From assembly GCA_965279525.1 (NCBI GenBank), contig CBDIIB010000005.1, positions 512,001 to 576,000 of the forward strand: a DNA stretch of 64,000 bases, written 5' to 3'. The notes beneath the pieces were generated by a model. That model was given only the letters and a program-made list of their open reading frames with translations. It had not been told where the DNA came from and did no database searches. The DNA comes from Tagaea sp. (lineage in GTDB: Bacteria; Pseudomonadota; Alphaproteobacteria; CACIAM-22H2). The position numbers and the translations under genes are program-made. Within the stretch, counting starts at the first letter, position 1. Every line of letters starts with the position of its first letter. Shown here one piece after another: positions 51,136 through 62,838 of the stretch.

Positions 51136-51143
51136 AACGAAAA

Positions 51144-51171
51144 CGGGGCGGGAAGTTTCCTTCCCGCCCCG
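51144..51171. terminator. Bidirectional intrinsic terminator between the ygiC-like gene and fusA
   Basis: CGGGGCGGGAAG-TTTC-CTTCCCGCCCCG 12-bp stem, preceded by an A-run. Confidence 0.75.
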
Positions 51172-51200
51172 CTTCTTCCGTTCCGAAGTCCCGAAGGAAA

Positions 51201-53276
<2,076 letters not shown>

Positions 53277-53295
53277 GACTGCCTCCGTGGAAGTT

Positions 53296-53394
53296 CCGCC
53301 TCGCCCCGGGCGGGGAAAAGCGGGTTCGGGTAAAGACAAAGATGCACGGGCCCGCGTCCTCCGAGGTCCCGGGAGGGCGGTCCGCGTGCAAATC
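53296..53394 (-). promoter_or_regulatory. Structured 5' leader of fusA (candidate cis-regulatory RNA)
   Basis: Long hairpin TGCACG...CGTGCA (53343-53390) followed by TCTTTGTCTTT, then a second hairpin just before the RBS. Confidence 0.4.
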
Positions 53395-53507
53395 CGGAAA
53401 ACGGCGCGGGTATATACTGCAATGCGAGATATGGCAACCCCCGCCCGGCGGCTCAAGGGGTGGCTGTGGACTGGCCCTAAGCGCCGGATTCGGATAGGAT
53501 TTGGTCC

Positions 53508-53756
53508 ATGTCGAGTCCGTCCTCCCCGGAACGCAAGGCCAGCCTGCGCCTGATCAACGCGCAGGCCGACAAAATCCGTCAGAAACTCGACCCCAAGGTG
53601 CTCGAAAGAGCGCGTTGCGTGGCCGAAGGCGGGGAAATCTATGACAAGGCGGCCGCCCAGAAGGTCGTCACCGAGTTCCTGCGCTCGAAATCCCGCGCCG
53701 ATGGCGGGCTTTTCCACGAGGAACTGAAAGCCCGCCTCAAGGGCACCAAGCACTAG
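53508..53756 (+). CDS. Small hypothetical protein
   Basis: 82-aa charged helical ORF with GGA upstream; fills the gap; no family recognised. Confidence 0.6.
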   Translation: MSSPSSPERKASLRLINAQADKIRQKLDPKVLERARCVAEGGEIYDKAAAQKVVTEFLRSKSRADGGLFHEELKARLKGTKH

Positions 53757-53758
53757 GC

Positions 53759-54130
53759 CTAGCGCGGCTCGACCGTGCCGGTCCGCCGGCCGGACAGATC
53801 CCGGACGACATACCGGCCATCCAGTCCGGGCGCGGCCGTGCCCGTCTGCCAGCCTGTCGTGTCGCGCAGCACCTTCGTGCCGCTGAGCCGCGTTTCGACC
53901 GTCCCGGTCCGACGGCCCGACGCATCGCGCAGCACGAGTTTGCCCCCGAAGCCCGGCTCGACAGTCCCGGTCCGCCGGCCGGCGACGTCGCGCAAGATCT
54001 TCTTTTCGCCGAAACCCTGCTCGACGGAACCCGTCCGCCGACCGGATGCATCGCGCAGCACGTAGTCCTGGGCGACGGCCGGGGCCGCCGGCAGGGCGAG
54101 CAGGAGCAGTATCGGTATGACGTCGCGCAA
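53759..54130 (-). CDS. Secreted protein made of five 21-aa beta-hairpin repeats
   Basis: TTG start after GGAGG, signal peptide ending AVA-Q, and repeats of [VI]LRD.SGRRTG.VE. Confidence 0.75.
   Translation of the reverse strand: MRDVIPILLLLALPAAPAVAQDYVLRDASGRRTGSVEQGFGEKKILRDVAGRRTGTVEPGFGGKLVLRDASGRRTGTVETRLSGTKVLRDTTGWQTGTAAPGLDGRYVVRDLSGRRTGTVEPR
53762..54064 (-). repeat. Coding tandem repeat, about 5 x 63 nt
   Basis: Recurring ...gtccg(c/a)cg(g/a)cc....gcatcgcgcagcac... units with a 63-nt period. Confidence 0.8.
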
Positions 54131-54208
54131 CGTTGCCTCCGGCCTCTGGTCTCTTGGCAACGTGCCAGAGCTGTCGGATCATCCCGGCCGCATCAAAGGA
54201 ATCCGTCG

Positions 54209-54415
54209 ATGAAGGTCTACCGCTATCTCACCGGCAAAGACGACAGCGCCTTCTGCCACCGCGTCACGGCTGCCCTGAACAAGGGCTGGGCGCTCTACGA
54301 AGCTCCCACCCTGACGTTCGATGCGGCGCGCGGCATCGTCGTGTGCGGGCAGGCGATCGTGAAGGACGTGCCGGGGCGCGACTACACGCCGGACGTCGAT
54401 TTCTCGACGCTCTAG
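54209..54415 (+). CDS. DUF1737 family protein
   Basis: [27 protein letters not shown]...CGQA.VK. Confidence 0.85.
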   Translation: MKVYRYLTGKDDSAFCHRVTAALNKGWALYEAPTLTFDAARGIVVCGQAIVKDVPGRDYTPDVDFSTL

Positions 54416-55479
54416 CTCTCGCGCGGCCGCAGGTGCTCGGCGAACTGGCGGGCACATTCGGCCCACGAATAGCGCATGGCGTGTGCCCGGGCGCGCTCGC
54501 GCGGGATCTCCAGGGCCCGCAGGCACGCCGCGCGCAAGTCTTCGTCCATCGCCCCGCCGGACTGTGCCGGGGGCACGTCGCCCAGCACGTCGAGCGGGCC
54601 GGTCACCGGGAAGGCCGCGACCGGCGTGCCGCAGGCCATCGCCTCGAGCAGCACCAGGCCGAACGTGTCGGTCTTCGACGGAAACACGAAGACGTCGGCG
54701 GCCGAATAGACTTGGGCCAGCTCCTTCTGCTGGAGCACGCCCAGATAGCTTGCTTCCGGATAGCGCGCCTTCAGCGTCGCCATCGCCGGCCCCTCGCCCA
54801 CCACCCATTTCGAGCCGGGCAGGTCGAGCGACAGGAACGCCTCGACGTTCTTCTCCACCGCCACGCGCCCGACATAGACGAAGATCGGCGGCTTGGTCGC
54901 AAGCCGGTCGCGCGGCCCCGGCTTGAACAGCTCCAGATCCACGCCGCGCGTCCACAGCACGACGTTCCGGAAGCCCCAGGTCTCGAGGTCCGCCTTCACC
55001 GTCGGCGTGGGCACCATCACGCGGCTGGCGGCCGAATGGAACCGGCGCAGCACCGAATAGCTCCACGACAGCGGGGCGCCGATGCGCGCCTGCACGTATT
55101 CCGGAAAGCGCGTGTGGTAGGCGGTCGTGAACGGAAGCTTGCGCGCCAGGCACGCCGCGCGCGCTGCCCAGCCAAGCGGCCCTTCGGTGGCGATATGGAC
55201 GGCGTCGGGCGCGAAGCCGTCGATCAGGCGGCCCACGCTTTTGGCCCCGGCCAGCGACAGGCGGATCTCCGGATAGGTGGGGCACGGGAAGGTCGTGAAG
55301 CGCTCGGGCGCAATCATCTCGACAATGTGGCCGGCCGCCTCGAGCTGGCGCTTCGTCTCGGTCAGCGTGCGCACCACGCCGTTGACCTGCGGGCGCCACG
55401 CATCGGTCACGATCGCGATGCGCAGGGCGCGCTGCCGGTCGGCAGCGAGGGGGAGTTCGAGGGCACGCAGTGCGGTCAT
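54412..55479 (-). CDS. GT4 glycosyltransferase (Agt-like diacylglycerol glycosyltransferase)
   Basis: TDAWRPQVNGVV, HIATEGPLG, YHTRFPEY, YVGRVAVEKN, FPSKTDTFGLVLLEA. Confidence 0.88.
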   Translation of the reverse strand: MTALRALELPLAADRQRALRIAIVTDAWRPQVNGVVRTLTETKRQLEAAGHIVEMIAPERFTTFPCPTYPEIRLSLAGAKSVGRLIDGFAPDAVHIATEGPLGWAARAACLARKLPFTTAYHTRFPEYVQARIGAPLSWSYSVLRRFHSAASRVMVPTPTVKADLETWGFRNVVLWTRGVDLELFKPGPRDRLATKPPIFVYVGRVAVEKNVEAFLSLDLPGSKWVVGEGPAMATLKARYPEASYLGVLQQKELAQVYSAADVFVFPSKTDTFGLVLLEAMACGTPVAAFPVTGPLDVLGDVPPAQSGGAMDEDLRAACLRALEIPRERARAHAMRYSWAECARQFAEHLRPRES

Positions 55480-56300
55480 CGGGCGGTCTCCAGCATGTCG
55501 AACGAACGCACATCGGCCCAATGCACGATGCGCAAGGAACCGTCGAAATCCTCGACGAGGGCCGTGCAGCTTTCCACCCAGTCGCCGTCGTTGAGATAGG
55601 CGATGCCGTCGATGTCGCGGATCTCGGCCTTGTGGATGTGGCCGCACACGACGCCGTCGAGCCCGCGCCGGCGTGCCTCGTTCGCCAGCGCCACCTCGAA
55701 ATCGTCGATGTATTTGACCGCGTTCTTGACCTTGTGCTTGAGCCAGGCCGACAGCGACCAGTAGGGCAGCCCGAACGCGCGGCGCGCGCGGTTGAACCAG
55801 CCGTTGATCCAGAGTGCCAGGCTGTAGGCGTGGTCACCCAGGAACGCGAGCCAGCGCGCGTAGCGCACGATGCCGTCGAACGCGTCGCCGTGGATGACGA
55901 GCAGGTTGCGCCCGTCGGCGGTCGTGTGCACCGCATCCTCGACGACATGGACGCCGCCGAAATGCATGTCGAGATAGTCGCGCAGCATCTCGTCGTGGTT
56001 GCCCGGCACGTAGACCACGCGGGTCCCCTTGCGCGCCTTGCGCAGCAGCTTCTGCACCACGTCGTTGTGCGATTGGTTCCAGTACCAGCTGCGCTTCAGC
56101 CGCCAGCCGTCGACGATGTCGCCGACCAGATAGAGCGTGTCGGATTCGTTGTGGCGCAGGAAATCGAGCAGGAACTCCGCCTTGCAGCCCGGCGTGCCGA
56201 GATGGATGTCGGAGAGCCAGATCGTGCGCCAGTGGTGCGCGTCGCCGGAGTCGGACGCGCCGCGGTCGAGTCCGTCCGGTGCCGAGACATCGCGCCGCAT
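55476..56300 (-). CDS. PlcP/LpxH2-like metallophosphoesterase (phosphate-starvation phospholipase C)
   Basis: SDIHLG, GDIVDGW, GNHD, HGD, CGHIH, NDGDWVESCTAL. Confidence 0.85.
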   Translation of the reverse strand: MRRDVSAPDGLDRGASDSGDAHHWRTIWLSDIHLGTPGCKAEFLLDFLRHNESDTLYLVGDIVDGWRLKRSWYWNQSHNDVVQKLLRKARKGTRVVYVPGNHDEMLRDYLDMHFGGVHVVEDAVHTTADGRNLLVIHGDAFDGIVRYARWLAFLGDHAYSLALWINGWFNRARRAFGLPYWSLSAWLKHKVKNAVKYIDDFEVALANEARRRGLDGVVCGHIHKAEIRDIDGIAYLNDGDWVESCTALVEDFDGSLRIVHWADVRSFDMLETAR

Positions 56301-56377
56301 GAAGATTTTCTGACTGTCCACAGGCGATGCTCCAGATGTGGAAGCGGCGAAGTTCCTGTGCCCTGTATATTGTTTTT

Positions 56378-56411
56378 ATGGTATTCGGATGAAGTGAAAC
56401 TTAGGTTGCAA
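56378..56411 (-). promoter_or_regulatory. Putative Pho box plus -10 element for the plcP operon
   Basis: Minus strand TTGCAAC-CTAA-GTTTCAC (7-4-7 architecture), exactly 10 nt upstream of TACCAT. Confidence 0.55.
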
Positions 56412-56447
56412 AAAATTTCTCCGAAACATCCTGGAACCGTCACCGGA

Positions 56448-57332
56448 ATGTCATCGAACGCCCTGCCGCGCCTGCTCGTGATCTACAACCCGATCGCCGG
56501 ACGGCGGCGCCAGCGATTCCTGTCGCGCGTGATCGAGGCGATGGAGCGCCGGGGTGCCTCGATCCGGCTCGAACCGACGAACGCGCGCGGGCATGCCGAG
56601 GCGATGGCGCGGGCGGCCGCCACCGACGGCCGGACGGACCGGCTCGTCGTCGCGGGCGGCGACGGCACGATCAACGAGGCGCTGAACGGTCTCGCCGGTT
56701 CGGCCCTGCCGCTTGCCATCGTGCCGTTGGGCACGGCCAACGTTCTCGCGCACGAACTGGGTCTCGGCAGTTCGGCGCGTGCGGTCGCGGATGCCGCGCT
56801 CGACGGCTGGCCGCGGGCGGTGTCGCTTGGCACGGTCAACGGCCGGCGCTTCTCGATGATGGCGGGCGTGGGCTTCGACGCGCATGTCGTGCGCGACGTC
56901 TCCACGCGCCTGAAACGCGCGATCGGCAAGGGTGCCTATGCGCTGGAGACGTTCCGGCAGCTTTTCGCGTTCGGCTCGGCGACCTACGAGGCCGTCATCG
57001 ACGGCGTGCCGTATCGTGCCGCCTCGGTGCTGATGTGCAACGGGCACTATTACGGCGGAAAGTTCGTCGCGGCCCCCGACGCGCGGCTCGACCGGCCGGG
57101 CTTCCAGGTCGTGCTGTTCCTCGATCCGGGGCCGCGCGCCACGCTTGGCTACATGGCGGCCCTTGCCGCCGGCTCGCTGCACCGCCATCCGCGCGTGCGG
57201 ATCGTTGCGGCAAGCCGCGTCGAGATCGCGGGGCCGGCGGGCGAACCCGTGCAGGGCGACGGCGACGTCATCGCGCACCTGCCGGCGGTTTTCGAATCGC
57301 TGCCCGATGCCGCGCGGCTGATCGGGCCCTAA
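56448..57332 (+). CDS. Diacylglycerol/lipid kinase family protein (YegS/DgkB-like)
   Basis: NPIAG, AGGDGTINE, PLGTANVLA, GVGFDA, YYGG, QGDGD. Confidence 0.9.
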   Translation: MSSNALPRLLVIYNPIAGRRRQRFLSRVIEAMERRGASIRLEPTNARGHAEAMARAAATDGRTDRLVVAGGDGTINEALNGLAGSALPLAIVPLGTANVLAHELGLGSSARAVADAALDGWPRAVSLGTVNGRRFSMMAGVGFDAHVVRDVSTRLKRAIGKGAYALETFRQLFAFGSATYEAVIDGVPYRAASVLMCNGHYYGGKFVAAPDARLDRPGFQVVLFLDPGPRATLGYMAALAAGSLHRHPRVRIVAASRVEIAGPAGEPVQGDGDVIAHLPAVFESLPDAARLIGP

Positions 57333-58672
57333 ATCCCGGCGATCGTTAAGCCGTCGATGCGCAGCGTCGGCGCGTCGGTGCCGTAGCGGAACACGAGATC
57401 GTCGGCGGGCGTCACGTTCGCAAACATGTCGACGAGATTGCCCGCGACCGTCACTTCGCTGACCGGATAGGTAAGCTCGCCGTTCTCGATCATGTAGCCG
57501 GCGGCCCCGCGGCTGTAGTCGCCGGTCACACCGTTGATGCCCATGCCGATGAACTCGGTGATGTAGAGGCCGCGCGCGATGCCCTTGATCATCGCGTCGC
57601 GCGTCACGGTCCCGGCTTCCATGTAGAGATTCGTCGTCGACGGACTCGGCGGCGACGTGGTGCCGCGCGCGGCGTGGCCGGTCGACTTCAGCTTGAGCTG
57701 GCGGGCCGAGCGCAGGTCGAGGATCCAGGTCGTCAGCCGGCCCTTGTCGATGAGGGCTCGGCGCATCGGTGCGATCCCTTCGCCGTCGACGGGCTTGGAG
57801 GAAAGCCCGCGCTTGCGGAACGGGTCGTCGACGATGGTGATGCCGGGACCGAACACCATCTGGTCCATCTTGGACTTGAGGAAGCTCGTCCCGCGCGCCA
57901 CCGACGTGCCGTTGATGGCGCCGGCGAGGTGGCGCACGATGCCGCCCGACACGCGCGGATCGAGCACGATCGGCAGCTTGCAGGTCTCGATCTTGCGTGG
58001 GTTGAGGCGCCGGATGGCGCGCTCGGCGGCACTGCGGCCGATCTTCGCGGGATCGTCGAGATCGGCGGCGTGGATCGCCGACGACCAGTCGTAGTCGCGC
58101 TCCATGCCCGTCCCCTCGCCCGCGATGACCGCGACCGAGAAGGAATGCGACGAGCGCGCGTATTCGGCGGCAAAACCGTTCGAGGCGACGAGGGCCACGC
58201 GGCTCGATCCCCAGCCGGCTTCCGCACCTTCGGAATTGGTGATGCCCTTGACCGCCATCGCCACTTCTTCGACGGCGCGCGCGCGTTCCATCAGCAGTTC
58301 GGCCGGCGGCTCGACCGGATCGACGAGATCGAGATCGGGAAAGCTGCGCGCGATGTCCGCCGGATCGGCAAGGCCGCAGAACGGGTCTTCGGGGGCGGCC
58401 TTGGCCATCGCGACCGCGCGCGCCACCAGCGCTTCGAGCGCCTTGGCCGACCGGTCGTTCGACGACACGATCGCCTGGCGCTGGCCGACGAACACGCGCA
58501 GGCCCATGTCGTGGCCTTCGGCGCGCTCGAGCTTCTCGAGCTTGCCCAGCCGGCGCGCATGGCTGACCGACACGCCCTCGACGAACACCGCGTCGGCGGC
58601 GGTGGCGCCCGCCCGTTTGGCGCGCGCGATCAGGTCGCCGAGCAGGTCGAGGGTCGAGGTCGTCGAGGTCAT
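57329..58672 (-). CDS. pmbA: TldE/PmbA family protein
   Basis: GLRVFVG.R, MERDY, DGEG, GINGVTGDYSRGA.G, E.T.AGNL. Confidence 0.92.
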   Translation of the reverse strand: MTSTTSTLDLLGDLIARAKRAGATAADAVFVEGVSVSHARRLGKLEKLERAEGHDMGLRVFVGQRQAIVSSNDRSAKALEALVARAVAMAKAAPEDPFCGLADPADIARSFPDLDLVDPVEPPAELLMERARAVEEVAMAVKGITNSEGAEAGWGSSRVALVASNGFAAEYARSSHSFSVAVIAGEGTGMERDYDWSSAIHAADLDDPAKIGRSAAERAIRRLNPRKIETCKLPIVLDPRVSGGIVRHLAGAINGTSVARGTSFLKSKMDQMVFGPGITIVDDPFRKRGLSSKPVDGEGIAPMRRALIDKGRLTTWILDLRSARQLKLKSTGHAARGTTSPPSPSTTNLYMEAGTVTRDAMIKGIARGLYITEFIGMGINGVTGDYSRGAAGYMIENGELTYPVSEVTVAGNLVDMFANVTPADDLVFRYGTDAPTLRIDGLTIAGI

Positions 58673-58686
58673 GAAGGGGGTGCTTT

Positions 58687-59652
58687 CTATCGCAGACGGC
58701 GGTGGATCTCGAGTGCGAGCGCACCCAGACCGAACACGAAGGCGGCCCACAGCAGCGGCCCGCCCACCGCAGGGATATGGCGCAGCCCCGCCAGCGCCAC
58801 AAGCCCGAAAAGGACCGCCGCGATGCGCCAGCCCATGCCCGGCGTCGCGGCGCGGCCGACGACCCGCAAGGCGAGCAGGCCAAGGAACCCGGCCGACACG
58901 ATGTAGCCCATGGCAAGTGCGAGCGCGAAGAACAGCAGCAGCGTGCCCGCGAACGGGATGCCGACCAGCGTGATCGCGGCGAACAGGGCCGCCACCGGCA
59001 CGCCGGCCGCAAGCCCGATCCCCCACGCGAATGACGCGACCGGCCGCGTGCCGATCTGGGCGGCACTGCCCGACAGGAAGCGCCACTCGAATGCGGCGAA
59101 CGACACCGCCACGACGACCATCGCCACGTTGTAGATCCAGCGGATGATCATGCCGGCATAGCCCATCAGCGCCTCGATGGCGTTGCCGGCACCACCGAAA
59201 TTCTGCTCGATGCCGCCAGTGATGACGGCGCTGGGATGGATATCGGCCGCGTCCGCCGACCAGACCCTCAGCTTGCCGCCGATGCGCGCGTTGGGCCCGA
59301 TGACGACGCGCGCCGCCGCGACCGACACGTCGCCGGTACTGCGCAGATCAAGCACGACCTCGTTGCCGACGACCCAGACGCGCTGGGCATATTGCCCGCC
59401 CATCGCGACGGCATCGCCGAACACGAACGCGTTGCGCGCCACCGTCGTTGCCGCCCCCACGCCAATCGTGGCGCCGGCGAGCACCAGATCGCCCGCGATC
59501 TCAGCCTCCACGCCGATGCGCCCGCCCGCCAGCATCACGTCGCCCTCGACGATCCCCTGCACGTCGAGCACCGGCCCCATGCGCGAGATGTCGGCGGCGG
59601 ATGCGGATGCCGTCAGCAGGAAGAACGCGACGGCGGCGCGCACCAAGGTCAC
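58687..59652 (-). CDS. Membrane protein with an N-terminal bactofilin-like beta-helix and a C-terminal TM bundle
   Basis: Signal peptide, repeated V.GD(V/L)..AG..(I/V) beta-helix turns, then TLVGIP and about 5 TMs. GTG start overlaps the ubiD stop. Confidence 0.65.
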   Translation of the reverse strand: MTLVRAAVAFFLLTASASAADISRMGPVLDVQGIVEGDVMLAGGRIGVEAEIAGDLVLAGATIGVGAATTVARNAFVFGDAVAMGGQYAQRVWVVGNEVVLDLRSTGDVSVAAARVVIGPNARIGGKLRVWSADAADIHPSAVITGGIEQNFGGAGNAIEALMGYAGMIIRWIYNVAMVVVAVSFAAFEWRFLSGSAAQIGTRPVASFAWGIGLAAGVPVAALFAAITLVGIPFAGTLLLFFALALAMGYIVSAGFLGLLALRVVGRAATPGMGWRIAAVLFGLVALAGLRHIPAVGGPLLWAAFVFGLGALALEIHRRLR

Positions 59653-61166
59653 TTCCAGATCGCCTTGCCGGACCCCGGCAGGCCGAGCTTCGACCATTTC
59701 TCGGTGACGGTGCGCACGACCTCGTCGTCCATGCGGATCTTCTCGCCCCATTCGCGATGCGTCTCGGGCGGCCATTTGTTGGTGGCGTCGAGCCCGATCT
59801 TGGAGCCGAGACCGCTTTCGGGGCTGGCGAAATCCAGATAATCGATGGGCGTGCCTTCGACGAGCGTGATGTCGCGCGCCGGGTCCATGCGCGTGGACAT
59901 CGCCCACATCACGTCCTTCCAGTCGCGCGCGTTAATGTCGTCGTCCACGACGATGACCCACTTCGTGTACATGAACTGGCGCAGATAGCTCCACACGCCC
60001 ATCATCACGCGCTTGGCGTGGCCCGGATACGCCTTCTTCATCGACACGACCGCGATGCGATAGGAGCACCCCTCCGGCGGCAGCCAGAAATCGACGATCT
60101 CGGGGAATTGCTGGCGCAGCAGCGGCACGAACACGTCGTTGAGCGCTTCGCCCAGCACCGAGGGTTCGTCCGGCGGCCGGCCGGTGAAGGTCGACAGATA
60201 GATCGGATCGCGGCGCATCGTGATCGCGCTGATCGTGAAGACCGGGAATTTCTCGACCGAATTGTAATAGCCGGTGTGGTCGCCGTAGGGGCCTTCGTCG
60301 CCATAGTCGTCGAGGCTGACATGGCCTTCGAGCACGATCTCGGCCTCCGCCGGCACCTTCAGCGGCACGGTCTTGCAGTCGACGAGATCCACGCGCTTGC
60401 CGCGCAGCAATCCGGCGAACTGGTATTCCGAAAGCGTTTCGGGCACCGGCGTGACGGCCGCGAGGATCGTGCCGGGATCGGCCCCCAGCACGACGGCGGC
60501 GGGGAACGGCTCGCGCCTGCCCGCCTTCTTCCAGCGCTGGTGCTGCTGGGCGCCGCCGCGATGCTTGAGCCAGCGCATCAGCGTCGTGTTCTTCCCCGTC
60601 ACCTGCATGCGGTAGATGCCGAGATTGAAGCCGTCCTCGCGCGCGGCCCCCGGCCCCTTGGTCACGACCAGCGGCCAGGTGATCAGCGGAGCCGGTTCGC
60701 CCGGCCAGCAGGTCTGGATCGGCAGACGGGCAAGGTCGATGTCGTCGCCGGTCAGCACGGTCTCGTGGCATGGGGCCGTGCCCAGCATGCGCGTGGACGG
60801 CTTCATCGACATTACGGTCTTGGCGAGCGGGACTAGGTCGAGCGCCTCGCGCCAGCCTTCCGGCGGCTGCGGCTGGCGCAGGAAGGCGAGCGTCTCGCCG
60901 ACCTCCTTCAACTGGTGCGGCTCGCGGTCCATGCCCCAGGCGACTCGCTCGACCGTGCCGAACAGGTTGACGAGCACGGGGATCGGCGAGAGCGAACCGT
61001 CGGCCTTCACCGGCTTCTCGAACAGCACCGCGGGCCCGCCCTCGGCGAGCAGGCGGGTCTGGATCTCGGTCATCTCCAGCACGGTCGAGACGGGTTCGGA
61101 AACCCGCACGAGGCGGCCGGCCTTTTCGAGGCGTTCGATGAAGTCGCGCAGCGAGGCGTAGGGCAT
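59649..61166 (-). CDS. ubiD: UbiD family prFMN-dependent decarboxylase
   Basis: [45 protein letters not shown]. Confidence 0.93.
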   Translation of the reverse strand: MPYASLRDFIERLEKAGRLVRVSEPVSTVLEMTEIQTRLLAEGGPAVLFEKPVKADGSLSPIPVLVNLFGTVERVAWGMDREPHQLKEVGETLAFLRQPQPPEGWREALDLVPLAKTVMSMKPSTRMLGTAPCHETVLTGDDIDLARLPIQTCWPGEPAPLITWPLVVTKGPGAAREDGFNLGIYRMQVTGKNTTLMRWLKHRGGAQQHQRWKKAGRREPFPAAVVLGADPGTILAAVTPVPETLSEYQFAGLLRGKRVDLVDCKTVPLKVPAEAEIVLEGHVSLDDYGDEGPYGDHTGYYNSVEKFPVFTISAITMRRDPIYLSTFTGRPPDEPSVLGEALNDVFVPLLRQQFPEIVDFWLPPEGCSYRIAVVSMKKAYPGHAKRVMMGVWSYLRQFMYTKWVIVVDDDINARDWKDVMWAMSTRMDPARDITLVEGTPIDYLDFASPESGLGSKIGLDATNKWPPETHREWGEKIRMDDEVVRTVTEKWSKLGLPGSGKAIWK

Positions 61167-61233
61167 GGGCGGACTATATAGGCCGAGCGGTCGCTTGCAA
61201 GCCGCTGCGGGGCTTGCGACAACCGGCGCGCCC

Positions 61234-61923
61234 ATGCGCCGTTTCCCCGCCGAATTCGCCGATCTGTTGTCCCCGCGCGGCCGCCGCTTTTCCGGCCCGC
61301 CGGCCGATCCGTTCTTCGCCGATCCACACCTGATCGACCCGGCGAAGGCGAAGGCCGCGTTTGCCCTGCTCGAGCGCAGCCTCGGCGCAACCGTCAAGCC
61401 GATGGCACGCGCGATCCCGCCCGAATCGATCACCGGACAGACGCGCAACTACCAGGAGCGGCTGCCCAAGACCGTGCGCGTCTCGGCCGCCGACATCGAC
61501 GCCGCGCGCACGAAGGCGGCCGCCATCGCCGGCGAGATCGGCCTCACCGCCATGCTGCGTTCGCAAAGCTACATCGCGTTCGCCGCGAAGCTCGCGGGCC
61601 GCACGCTCGACCCCGCGTTCGGCCGGCAGGTTCTGCGCTATGGCCCCGGCGACTATGCCGGGCCGCACACCGACCACCATCCCGAGGAGCCGCGCGCGAA
61701 GGCCGGCTATTTCGACCTGCATCTGACATTCGCGGGAGCCGGGGCAGCGCGCCAGCTTCTGGTCTATGCGAAAGACGGTCACCTGACCGAGACGGTCGAC
61801 ATCGCGGTGGCCGGCGGCATCACCGGCTATCGCCTGCCCTTCTGGCACTACACCACGCCGCTCGAAGGCAAGGGGCCAAAGGCCGCGCGCTGGGTCGTGC
61901 TGGGGACGTTTTTGTACGCTTGA
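61234..61923 (+). CDS. Putative 2OG-Fe(II) oxygenase superfamily protein
   Basis: [14 protein letters not shown] (HxD), distal WHYTTP, and a C-terminal RW strand. Confidence 0.6.
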   Translation: MRRFPAEFADLLSPRGRRFSGPPADPFFADPHLIDPAKAKAAFALLERSLGATVKPMARAIPPESITGQTRNYQERLPKTVRVSAADIDAARTKAAAIAGEIGLTAMLRSQSYIAFAAKLAGRTLDPAFGRQVLRYGPGDYAGPHTDHHPEEPRAKAGYFDLHLTFAGAGAARQLLVYAKDGHLTETVDIAVAGGITGYRLPFWHYTTPLEGKGPKAARWVVLGTFLYA

Positions 61924-62018
61924 TCCATCAGTTTTAGGGATTGCTTTAAAGAAATTTTTCTATTTTAAATAAGCATGATGATGAAACTTCGCAAATCGTT
62001 GCCATCTAGGACAGATCC

Positions 62019-62789
62019 ATGATCACTCTCCTCGAGATTGCCGTATCCCTTGTAGCTGCACTAACGGCAAGCTCTGTAGTTGGGAATCTTAATAAAATCG
62101 CCGAAGCTGTCATTCGGTTATTTGGGGCCGAAACTCGGGAGGTTTCTGAGTCAGGATTAGATAGCTTTGAACTGCGGTTCAGGCGCGCGTTAGTTTCAGC
62201 AATTGCGTCTGGAGAAATTATAGACGCTGAGGGAGTGATTCGGCTTTTTCGCCTTTTGCGGGCGAGACAAGAAATGACTGCTACTGCATGGCGGCGAATT
62301 TCTCGACTACTCAGCGGCATTTATGTTGATGCATTAAATCCAACCGAATTCATTGAGCAAACTATTGAAGATCAGCAGAAATTAGATCTTGCAAAAAAAG
62401 TCCGTGATATTGCTATAGCTACGATCGAGCATGTCGATAAAAACCCGACGTTCTCAAATATACCGCGCGAGTTTCGCTATACAATGGAAGCAATATTAAC
62501 ATCAATTGCAGATCAACCCAACGTCGACCGAGCAATCTCCGAACGCATAAAAACGCGCTTGATAGATCTTTCTAAGCAAATTGAGCAGCAGTCAAATGAA
62601 CTCTCCGAAGCAGCAGAGGAGTTACAAAGCGAACGAGAAAAATCTGAAAAGGAACGGACAAGCAGCCGGCGACTTCAATGGGCCGGGATATTTATAACCT
62701 TCGTGGGCACATTTATTGCCAGCATTCAGCACATTGAGAAGGCGTTTAGCTATATCCAAGGATTGCGCCTGCTCGACAAGCTGCAATGA
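62019..62789 (+). CDS. AT-rich orphan membrane protein with a coiled coil
   Basis: 256-aa ORF with AGGA RBS; hydrophobic N- and C-terminal segments and a Glu/Gln-rich coiled coil; codon usage unlike its neighbours. Confidence 0.72.
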   Translation: MITLLEIAVSLVAALTASSVVGNLNKIAEAVIRLFGAETREVSESGLDSFELRFRRALVSAIASGEIIDAEGVIRLFRLLRARQEMTATAWRRISRLLSGIYVDALNPTEFIEQTIEDQQKLDLAKKVRDIAIATIEHVDKNPTFSNIPREFRYTMEAILTSIADQPNVDRAISERIKTRLIDLSKQIEQQSNELSEAAEELQSEREKSEKERTSSRRLQWAGIFITFVGTFIASIQHIEKAFSYIQGLRLLDKLQ

Positions 62790-62838
62790 ATAAGTATGGG
62801 GAAATCATTAAGCTGAACAACATCGAAGAAGACGGCGC

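Noticed and set aside
53762-54064. 63-nt periodic repeats as a possible CRISPR array
   Set aside because: The repeats are degenerate, in frame and protein-coding, with no unique spacers and no cas genes.
53277-54182. Apparent ~300-aa N-terminal extension of EF-G (993-aa ORF)
   Set aside because: An open-frame artefact overlapping two other genes; the real start is GTG 53276 with a GGAGG RBS.
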